The translations under genes were made by a program, and so were the position numbers. A stretch of 64,000 nucleotides of DNA. Source: Octopus sinensis. Taxonomy: Eukaryota. Positions 13,781 to 24,689 of this stretch are shown here, piece after piece (within the stretch, counting starts at the first letter, position 1; each line of letters begins with the position of its first letter). The notes beneath the pieces were generated by a model. That model had not been told where the DNA came from, searched no databases, and saw only the letters and a list, made by a program, of their open reading frames with translations. The stretch is from positions 135,656,001 through 135,720,000 of the forward strand of contig NC_042997.1 in assembly GCF_006345805.1 (NCBI RefSeq), read 5' to 3'.

Positions 13781-16566
13781 TGATTGTAACAACGGTGAAA
13801 AAACATCAATATTAATTGATTGATGCATTTGGGCAAGGCTATGTCTGTATTATCAGACAATGTGAACTACTACAGAGACGTTCTACGGCCTGTGAATGGT
13901 AATTTCATAAGTTTCTACATATACTTTTTGAAGAGAAACTTTTGGAACGAGCTTTAAGAATTTTAGTAAAGCATCTCAACCAGAAAAGCATCAAGAGGCT
14001 CACAGACAGCTACTTATATACTTTACTTCATATATTATAAAGATAAACTGAATTCCTCTCCTCTCAGACTAAAGTGCCGCTTTACATTGGAAGGTATATT
14101 ATTCAAAAGTATTACAAAACGTAGTACTGTACCCTGACCTTCGCAGCCATTTAGACCACAGACTGACGCTGGTATGTTCCATTTTTATAGCAGCAATTAT
14201 AAAACAAGTACAGAGAGCTAATAATATAGTAATATCATAATTCCGTCCAAGTATAGTAAAAACGTGAGTCGTTATTGCTATATTTCAACGATATTATTAT
14301 ATTATACCCTCACAGGGGTTGCCACTTCCACGTAGACACCTACAACTCAGTTGTTTCTCTTGCTATCGTCTTTCATGATCACTCCACACACATTACCAGA
14401 CGTGCATTAACCACTACGCCTAGACTTTTCTTTGTAGAATGTCCGCTCCCTGTTGTTAGCTCCTTGTATTTGTTTTACAGTTGCTACCAAATTGCATCTA
14501 TATAAATGGAATGTATCAGCGTCAGTCTCTCGTCTGAAGTGATGACGATGGCCAGGGCACTAACCCGTCCTGTAGGCTAAACTAATATAAAGATAATACA
14601 TCCCGATTATATTTTGTAATACTTCTGAATACTTTTGTGTTACTTCAAATGTAAACCGTTATTTTAGACCGAGACTACTTCAAAAGTAGAATAATGTAGG
14701 AGACTTCAGTTTATTTTTATAATGTGATGTGCAGTAAATTTTATAAGAAGCTGCTTGTAACTTTAGTTAAGAAGCTTGACTTTAGTTAAGATGCTTTACT
14801 AAAATTCTTAAAAATTGTTTCAAAACTTTCTCTCCATCTCTTGAAACTGATTTTTGCTGATTTTACTACTTGAAAGCAATGTAGATTTAAAGTATATTTT
14901 TGTTTCATCTTCATGCCCAAAGTTAAAATTGTACATGTATTTGAATCAGTCAAGTGCGGTATATAAGATTTAAATAGCTTTTGTAGTATATTATTTACAT
15001 CGTTTACATTTGCCGGATATTTCTCTTCGTCTTGTTTATTGTTAACACAACGTTTCGGCTGATTACTCTCCAGCTTTCATCATTTGCCCTAGGGGAATTT
15101 CGAACCTAGGTTCTCATTCCTAAGTTATTTCCCGATGTTATTATTATTATTATTCAGGTCACTGACTGAAATCCAACACGGAATGTTGGGGTTAGTATCC
15201 CGCGATCTTAACTACTATGCCATATGCTCGTGGGCAATTATGGAGTGAATTTTAGGGCTTATAAATCTAATATTTTCCTATCCTTCCTTAATATTGGTTC
15301 CCATATCTGCACTAGGTCTGCTTAGGAGGTTATTATATCCTAGCATATGTGCTGCCTCTTTTAGTTTTCGTATTTTCTAGTGGTGTTCTCTGTCTATTAT
15401 TTTAACTCCATCACGCAGCGGGGGGGGGGTGATCTCTAGTTTTCCATACATGATCAGCTATACTTGATGGAAATATTGACCGTCTGTGTAGAAACTACCA
15501 ACTTCAGAATGGGCAGAGATATATATCGGCAAGAAGAGGGTTTAGCTATGTCTTCACCATTAACACTGGTAGTAGCCAATATGTACATGGATTCTTTGAG
15601 AATTTGGCTTTAGGATCAATACCACTAAAACTAACACTATGGCTGCGATATGTTGATGACACCTTTATACACTGGCCCCACCAGGAAGATGTCCAAGTAC
15701 TGTTAGATTATGTGAACTCAATAAAGCCACCCATACAGTTCACAATAGAAAACGAAACGACAATCAGCTAGCATTCCTTGACGAATTAATAACACGCACC
15801 AAGTACGGATACAGGTCATCCGTATACCGCAAGCCAACCTTCACTGGACGATACCTCAACTTCAATTCACACCATCCATACAGTGTAAAAAGAGGGATTG
15901 CTCATTGGCTAAAACATCGAGCGAAGAATATATGTAGCGATCATGACACACACCACGAAGAAATGACCAAGCTAAGTAACAAGCTATTAAGCAACAACTA
16001 CCCCCGAAATATACTATCTACTCCAATTATGAAGAGGAGAGATGTTGAAACCCATAAACTGACTACAGTCTGTCTACCCTATGTGAAAACCTCTCCGAAA
16101 AGATACAAAAGATACGCGGCCCATATGACATCAGGACAGCATTCAAGAGGAATACAGCACTTCACAAATGTCTCCTTCGAGTAAAACCACCAACAAAAGA
16201 GAATATGATCAAAAACTGCGTTTACTCCATCCCGTGCATCTGTGGAAGGTTATACAAAACCGAAACATACTGCCCCCTCAAAATAAGTGTAGACGAACAT
16301 TGCAGAGCTGTAACACGTGGAAATATTGATAAATCAGGTATAGCTGATCATGTATGGAAAAACGGAGATCACCTCCCCCTGTGGGATGAAGTTAAAATAA
16401 TAAACAGAGAACGCCACTAGAAAATACGAAAGCTAAAAGAGGCAGCACATATGCTAGGATATAATAACCTTCTAAGCAGACCTTGTGCAGATAGGAGTAG
16501 CATATGGGAACCTGTATTAAGGAAGTATAGGAAAATATTAGATTCATAAGCCCTAAAATTCACTCC

Positions 16567-16641
16567 GGGCATATGGTGTAGTGGTTAAGAGTGCAGGCAA
16601 CTAACACCAACATTCCGTGTTGGATTCCAGACAGTGACCTG
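16567..16641 (+). promoter_or_regulatory. tRNA-like Pol III A/B-box module inside the PLE terminal repeat (inverted copy at ~15155-15230)
   Basis: A-box tggtgtagtgg and B-box-like gttggattcc at tRNA spacing. Confidence 0.55.
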
Positions 16642-16705
16642 AATAATAATAATAACATCGGAAAAATACCTTAGGAATGAGAACCCAGATTCGAAATTTC
16701 CATAG

Positions 16706-16742
16706 AACACCTGATGAAGGCTGGGGAGTACATCAGCCGAAA
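16706..16742 (+). ncRNA. Hammerhead ribozyme remnant of the PLE terminal repeat (stem III deleted); second damaged copy at 15044-15083 on minus
   Basis: aacac CTGATGA a ggctg gggagtacat cagcc GAAA. The minus copy keeps GAAA cg TT gtgtt but has ATGATGA. Confidence 0.7.
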
Positions 16743-17747
16743 ACAAGATAGGGACAAACATCCGTCAAACGTAAATAATCTTCATAATTCCTCATATCTC
16801 AAATACAGAACTGTATTATGTTTTATTGTATATTTAGAATTTCAATTATCACAATATTATCCATTATTTATAGCAAAATATTGTTTTTTGCTAAATGTGA
16901 TTATAGTGTACTGACGACAGAACACTTGAATGACACTTTTATAGAGAATACAATTATAAAATTCATTACCAATGGGGACTCGCTTATTTGTAAATATTAA
17001 ACAAATATAGCAGCCTGTATAAATTTCTTAGTAACAAGAAGTGAATTATGGTACTCTCGATGAAAATAGTGAAATTTCACACGTATAATCAATTGGATTA
17101 CATTTATTTAGAATTAATAACACACTACTAATTAGTTATATTCATTATCTGCACTTTCTATAAGTACGGTATTATAGTGGTAACATATGGAATCTTATTC
17201 AGAAAAAATAATTGACAACTTATGGTGAGAAGTCAAAATTATTCCTGACCGCAATTGTATGGAAGATTGTAATGTGTGAAAGTTCATATGATAATGGAAA
17301 ACGATATCAACAACTGCAGATCGATACTGTGTTTCGTTCGTATCAGTAAAACTAGTATGATATCAAAAATGCAAAGATCTGTAGGGTTTTAAATATTATC
17401 AAGGGTGCATCAATATCTACATTGCATCTGTCTAAACATTACCGAATTGAAAATAGAATTAAATTGATGTGAAATGCACGCAAGTAACTTTAAATGCTAA
17501 CAGAATCTTATTGATCTTAATATAAACTTTTAATAAGGGAAAGGGAAGGTGGTTTCCGATGGATTCGAACCGAAATTTTTAATGATTCTCAACCAGTACT
17601 TACCATAGGCATGCTATTCAGCCCCTACGTAAATACATACGCACAGCTGCTTACATGCATGTGTGGTTGTCAGATGGTAATGGCGACTTAGGGTTAGGGT
17701 TAGGCACACACACACATAGATATACGTACATGTATATACATACATAC

Positions 17748-17792
<45 letters not shown>

Positions 17793-17802
17793 CATATATG
17801 TA

Positions 17803-17846
<44 letters not shown>

Positions 17847-18582
17847 ATATAATGTGAAATAGAAAGATGAATAATCTTGTAGTAGATTAATCAAAAGTTT
17901 AACCGATACCTTAGTAGCAAAAATCACAGCAGTAAACAGCACGGTTGGAGGTACAACCATCTGGCGTTGCAACCGTGCGTTGGTGCGGATAATACCGGCA
18001 CCCATAGCCCTTGGTAACAAATTCTGAAATACCCTTTAAGATATCTACGATTAACCACTGCAAGGGGAATTACTCCTGTAAGACAAACGGGGCTTGGTTT
18101 TCTCACAGCGGGGGGTTTCCTTGACAAGGCAGGCTCAGATGAACACACACACACATAAAACATAATATATATATATTTTTTTTATTTTTTTCTTTCTGCC
18201 ACCCAACGGTTATCACGGCAGTAGCCACTGACAGCCGAACGATCAAACGCACACACGTACACAAAAAATGTTTTCTACCCCTACGCCAACACACACATAT
18301 ATAGAACAGTATACACACACACACGTCTCTAAGTAGATTTTTTCTCGCCCCTTATAAAACATCCAATATTCCTTAAATAGTCAGAACTTTATTCTCGGTC
18401 ACAAAGAACATCTATACACCCTCACCCACATGATTGACCGATGCCTGACCCGTTGAATTCTTCAGCCACCGGTTCTCAACATACACTGATAAACAGTTTC
18501 GCCATGGGCTCTTAGGAGCACAGTCCGATTTGTTATTTGCTCCGCCTCTGTTCTGTTTTTGTGTTTCCAACGGATTTCCTTT

Positions 18583-18671
18583 TTTCTTCCTGATGAGAAA
18601 GACACAATATGGTCCCATTATTCAATCGGATTTTGGTAATTTGTGCCTTTCGAAACACGTGTAGAATGAAA
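18583..18671 (+). ncRNA. Type I hammerhead ribozyme motif with long stem II
   Basis: ttcttc CTGATGA gaaagacacaa...ttgtgcctttc GAAA cacgtg TA gaatgaa. Palindromic stem III, followed by aataaa and (TA)n. Confidence 0.75.
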
Positions 18672-18867
18672 TAAAACGATTTCTGTTCAATCTGCGTTCA
18701 GCTCCATTTCTTCAATTCACCAATAATGTTATATATATATATATATCAACAATCAAGGAACGGCCATAATAGGCCATTCACCCACTAGAAATAACAGCCA
18801 AAGCTTCAACCGCAAATAAAAGTCAATTCCGTAAACAGGAGAAAATTAAAAAAACATTTACCCTGTA

Positions 18868-18973
18868 ATTTCTTATACGATGCACCGTTTCATCTGCTGT
18901 TAATGGTAAACTAACCTGATTAAATTAAATCAAGCCAATCTTCCATAGGCCCTCAGATTCTTCAGTAAGAAAT
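18868..18973 (-). ncRNA. Type I hammerhead ribozyme, array copy 1
   Basis: Minus strand: atttctta CTGAAGA atctg[~56 nt]cagat GAAA cggtgcatcg TA^ taagaaat. Confidence 0.85.
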
Positions 18974-19360
18974 AGCCACAAGTCGGAACAGATATTTTCA
19001 CGAGGCATTTCCGACCCTGCCAAGGTGATATCTGACCTAAAATTTTCAAATCATCGCACTCGCGCCAAATTTATCGGCAGCAAATAAATATAAGCCGTCG
19101 ATTCCATTACGGAATTAACCAGAAAATTCATAATTAATCAATATAGGGTGGCTAAAAAAATTTTGTAGAATTTTTTTTTGCCACCAGCGGCCTAGTGGGA
19201 AAAAATTAAATAGTCATAGACCATTTTTAAGTTCAACATAAACAATCAAGGAACGGCCATAATAGGCCATTCACCCACTAGAAATAACAGCCAAAGCTTC
19301 AACCGCAAATAAAAGTCAATTCCGTAAACAGGAGAAAATTAAAAAAACATTTACCCTGTA

Positions 19361-19467
19361 ATTTCTTATACGATGCACCGTTTCATCTGCTGTTTAATGG
19401 TAAACTAACCTGATTAAATTAAATCAAGCCAATCTTCCATAGGCCCTCAGATTCTTCAGTAAGAAAT
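19361..19467 (-). ncRNA. Type I hammerhead ribozyme, array copy 2
   Basis: Same motif as copy 1, core intact. Confidence 0.85.
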
Positions 19468-19854
19468 AGCCACAAGTCGGAACAGATATTTTCACGAGGC
19501 ATTTCCGACCCTGCCAAGGTGATATCTGACCTAAAATTTTCAAATCATCGCACTCGCGCCAAATTTATCGGCAGCAAATAAATATAAGCCGTCGATTCCA
19601 TTACGGAATTAACCAGAAAATTCATAATTAATCAATATAGGGTGGCTAAAAAAATTTTGTAGAATTTTTTTTTGCCACCAGCGGCCTAGTGGGAAAAAAT
19701 TAAATAGTCATAGACCATTTTTAAGTTCAACATAAACAATCAAGGAACGGCCATAATAGGCCATTCACCCACTAGAAATAACAGCCAAAGCTTCAACCGC
19801 AAATAAAAGTCAATTCCGTAAACAGGAGAAAATTAAAAAAACATTTACCCTGTA

Positions 19855-19961
19855 ATTTCTTATACGATGCACCGTTTCATCTGCTGTTTAATGGTAAACT
19901 AACCTGATTAAATTAAATCAAGCCAATCTTCCATAGGCCCTCAGATTCTTCAGTAAGAAAT
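19855..19961 (-). ncRNA. Type I hammerhead ribozyme, array copy 3
   Basis: Same motif as copy 1, core intact. A fourth copy (20347-20423) is truncated before CUGAAGA. Confidence 0.85.
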
Positions 19962-20426
19962 AGCCACAAGTCGGAACAGATATTTTCACGAGGCATTTCC
20001 GACCCTGCCAAGGTGATATCTGACCTAAAATTTTCAAATCATCGCACTCGCGCCAAATTTATCGGCAGCAAATAAATATAAGCCGTCGATTCCATTACGG
20101 AATTAACCAGAAAATTCATAATTAATCAATATAGGGTGGCTAAAAAAATTTTGTAGAATTTTTTTGCCACCAGCGGCCTAGTGGGAAAAAATTAAATAGT
20201 CATAGACCATTTTTAAGTTCAACATCAACAATCAAGGAACGGCCATAATAGGCCATTCACCCACTAGAAATAACAGCCAAAGCTTCAACCGCAAATAAAA
20301 GTCAATTCCGTAAACAGGAGAAAATTTAAAAAACATTTACCCTGTAATTTCTTATACGATGCACCGTTTCATCTGCTGTTTAATGGTAAACTAACCTGAT
20401 TAAATTAAATCAAGCCAATCTTCATA

Positions 20427-20658
20427 CAGGGTTGGCCAAAAATGAACCGAGAGTAAATCAAAGTTCCATAAATACAGTGTGTAATAATATATTGACTCGA
20501 ATGGAAAAGTATGTCGCTCAAGAAGAATTTCAGTTTGAACAATTTTCATGATGTTTCATATTTAGATGTTTTTATTAAATTCATTCAGTTTTTAAACATA
20601 ATAAATTTTGAAATTAAATGGTTTTACTTTACTGTCAGGTAACTTTTGGCTAAACCTG
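20427..20658. mobile_element. Tc1/mariner-type MITE
   Basis: TIRs cagggttggccaaaaatgaacc / ggtaacttttggctaaacctg, with TA on both sides. Confidence 0.75.
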
Positions 20659-20724
<66 letters not shown>

Positions 20725-20729
20725 GGGGT

Positions 20730-20912
20730 ATGTATAAATAGATATATACAACGAGCTACTTTCATTTTCCGTCTACCAAATCCACCCACAAGGTTTTGGT
20801 CGGCCCGAGGCAATAGTAGAAGATACTTTCCCAAGGTGCAATGCAGTAGGACTGAATCCGGAACCATGTAGTTTCGAAGCAAACTTCGTACCACGCACGT
20901 ACACCTGCACCT
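20730..20912 (-). mobile_element. SINE head fragment (family of 11060-11545)
   Basis: ccaaatccacccacaaggttttggtcggcccgaggc...ggactgaatccggaaccatgt matches 11410-11510. Confidence 0.8.
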
Positions 20913-23399
20913 ATACATACATACATACATGCATACATACATGCATACATACATACATATATACATACATACATACATACATACATACATACATACAGAA
21001 AGAGAGAGAAGTATATATGTATAGATTAATAAAGTTATAGGAGTATATGTTTATACAACGTACATATACACACAAACACACACATACACACACATACACG
21101 CACACAATCTGCTTTTTATCAGACATAATTTTTTTCAATTTAAACGAAAAATGGTGAACGCAAAGATATTCATTTTTTACTACCACAAGAAACATTAGGA
21201 AAACATTATGCATAGGAAATGAGGATTTACTTTATAATCTTTCACATTTATTACATATATAACAGCTTATCTCTACTAATTTCAGAAACATTCTTAGGAA
21301 ATTTAACACTCACCCTATTGTGTACAATTTCATATTAATTTTAATGTGTATGAGTATGTTTGTGTAATATTTTTTTAATTTGCTTCACCTTAGTATATCA
21401 CTATAAATTAACATTTAAAGTTCTAATATTTGATATGTTTTTTTTCCTTTAAAAGTAAAACGATCTATAATAATAAATCGTTATGTGCACGTTAAATAGT
21501 GAGAATAAAAACGGTGACTTATTTATTTTTAATACATTCCAGCTAGTTCGAACATGAATCTGTTAACTTCTATTATATCTTGTCAATGCTGGAAGCCTCT
21601 CGAGTTAAATATGTATTCAAATTCTATTGGATTTATTTGCAAAAGGGGATTTGGGACACAGGTTGTTTATTCCACATTGTATCTCTTCAATCAAAATTAC
21701 CTCGGACTAATGAGTCCAACAAGAGTTTGTGGGGATCTTTTCCTTTTGATCGGCAGGTCGATAATTAACTTTTTTTAAATCAAACACTTTCAAACTTCAG
21801 ATACACTCGTTTGTGGATCGCGATAATAATTTCAGAAAAAAAATATTTGCTGATAATTGCTGATATTTTCCAATCGAAAATGTATCCACATGTTCGCAGT
21901 GAACTGCGAGAATCGATTTTTGTCATGTATAATACATTCCGGGAGATTCAAACGTGATTATGTTAATCGCTGTTACACCTTCCCAGCACGCATCAACAAA
22001 TAATTTGATTGCTGACGTTATAAGCTATAAAACGCATGTTAGATTCATTGACCCGCAGTAACTTTGGTTGAGAAGTTGATCACAACGATGTCCATACACC
22101 GGATGCCCCAAAGACTGCTGGTGCTAAAGAATTAAATGTGTTGTGAACATATTCATCTGAATGGAAAATGTATTCTTCATTGACACGACATAATGGTGAT
22201 TAGCGTATTCACGCTCGAATCTGATAGAAGGTAATAATAATTTCTAAGATAAGCGATACTTAGCTCAGAAACTAGGGCATTGGTTGACAGAATATTTTAA
22301 CCCCTGCAAATATTGCTTTGGTTTCAGTAACTTTTGAAAAATATTTCTGCTTCTCTTAAAGAAAAAAATCTTACGAAGCTGGTCTCAGAGAAATCAATAT
22401 GCAAACGTTATAATGCAAGAGCTACGTTCTTGAAAAGTATTTCGACACAGATTGAATATCAGAAATAAAATAATTTCACTTCACCTATGCTATTGGTGTG
22501 CACGTATAGTTTAAGCTTTCTATTTTACCATTTAACAACATAGAATAGTTTTTGCACTGATACAAAATTTGTTGATTTTCATTTGGATAATGACTTATTG
22601 ATAAGATTCTGTTAGTGTTTAAACCAATTTACTTATCACACATATATTGAAGATGTCTCAGCGGATTAACTGCTTAGTCAGGTATCAATGAAAATACGCT
22701 TTTTTATCATTTAGTTAATGATGAATACAATTCTCATGTCCTTACAAGGCCTTAACTCTTAATTGTCCAGTCTCTTAGTCCTGTAGTTTACTACAAAACA
22801 GTTCAACGTAATAATCAATGGATGAACAACACAACTGATGCAAGCTGTATTAATGTAGGATATTAAATAGAAATTTGTTATCAGGAGATTCATTGTTCGT
22901 GAACTTAACATTCTGATTTTCTTATTCCGTAGAAAAGAAATAAAACATACAATAACGATGCATTTCTAATGACAAAATATTGCTTAATATAGCTCGGCAG
23001 AAACATACTGACTTGAATAATATTACAAGTCTATCAAATATGAATATGGTGAACTAAAGCATCCATGAACAAAAAATGCATTCACAAAAATTCAATTCAA
23101 AGAGCCATTAGCCTCTCATATATATACTGCTATAAATCCTACTTATCATTTTGTTGAACTAAAGATAATTGACAAAAAAAGACATCTAATCAGAAATTCA
23201 CTGGACTAGATGTTACTATAGGAACCATCTCTTCTTACATTAACAGCAAATTTATATTTAGGCAAATTGTAAATGGAAACGTCCAGATTGATAATTAATG
23301 ATACTATATGACCTAATTCTGTGACACTATTCCTTATATATCTTGGCAACTTAAGCAAAATATGAAAAAACAATTCATTGCATACACACATAAACACGT

Positions 23400-23473
<74 letters not shown>

Positions 23474-23573
23474 GTATAAATTTGTATTGTATCCCTGGTT
23501 TTTATGTGCTAAGCCACTTGGTGTTAAATTGATGGTATTATTAAATTAATATCAAATTTTTCACCCTCATTTA

Positions 23574-23622
<49 letters not shown>

Positions 23623-24436
23623 GAAAAACTAAACTAAGAGCATTAGATTTCTTAGAAGAAAGCAGCAAATGTATACGAAAAAAAAGGACGGAACAAACGG
23701 AGAAATGTAACACAAATGCAAATGCAAATGCAAATAACAGGACATAACAACCGGTGCCTTTCGACTGAGGACAAATTAAATTAAGCTGGCGTGTATGGAA
23801 GTAAAGCCTTATGGCAGGGATTTGACTGGCACAGGGAGGAATATAGATCTTGTATGGATGGTGGTCGAACCAAGAAAGAAAGGTCAGGCTTGGCCGAACA
23901 CCGGTCACGTGAGGAGAGAAGAGAAAGAGGTAGAGGCACAGAGATAGAAGTATTAAGGAGGGGAGAGAAAAATGAAAGGGACAGAGTGAAGTGAAGGAGA
24001 GAAAGTGAGCAAGAAGAAAAGGCCAAGAAATCTGAGAGAGGAGGAATCATACATCTGCAAATACATTTCTAATAAATATGCATTTGTGTTTGCTTTGGTT
24101 GCAACTATGAGTGTGTGGTTAAGTTTATATATTTAAATATTAATGTTTGGGCCGGGCCAGGAAGAGATGTTGGAAACATGACGGGTATTTAAATGTATAT
24201 GATTAGAAATTATTTGAAAGCCACGTGTCTGAAATTTCATTACGATAATGTAATCTTCGATAATGTAATATAAACACTTCCGTTATCTGCATGCGGACAA
24301 ATGGATCCGAAAATGATGTGCAAGCGAAGGTAGTCGCTATCTTCCATTGAAGTGCCATCAGTGTCAAGAAAGCGGAAATTACGAGCTTCGCGTACAAGAG
24401 TATTTATTTGTTATCATGGAAACATGTTTCCATGAT

Positions 24437-24523
<87 letters not shown>

Positions 24524-24602
24524 TATGTATGTATGTATGTATATATATATATATATATATATGAATGTATGAATGTATGTATGTATGTATATATTTATAT
24601 AT

Positions 24603-24676
<74 letters not shown>

Positions 24677-24689
24677 TATACATATATTT

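Larger units (their letters stand above)
14990..16815 (+). mobile_element. 5'-truncated Penelope-like element (RT plus GIY-YIG) with an inverted copy of its 3' terminal repeat at the 5' end
   Basis: Plus-strand QEEGLAMSSP, WLRYVDDTF, IQFTIE, VYRKPTFTGRYLNFNSHHP and VYSIPCICGRLY. 14990-15468 is the reverse complement of ~16333-16780. Confidence 0.92.
18747..20423 (-). repeat. Head-to-tail tandem array of ~3.4 near-identical 492-494 bp units; candidate retrozyme or non-autonomous PLE-derived element
   Basis: Unit starts (aacaatcaaggaacgg) at 18748, 19241, 19735 and 20227. Differences are mostly homopolymer length. No ORF of 60 aa or more. Confidence 0.95.

Noticed and set aside
17688-17704. 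TTAGGG telomeric repeats
   Set aside because: Under three units and interstitial; too short to support telomere-related claims.
19180-19200. CTCF-like motif gccaccagcggcctagtgg in each array unit
   Set aside because: Only a partial match by eye; it cannot be supported without a PWM scan.
18747-20423. CRISPR-like or rDNA/snRNA tandem array
   Set aside because: Units are wholly repeated with no unique spacers, there are no cas genes, and I see no 5S, snRNA or tRNA motifs.
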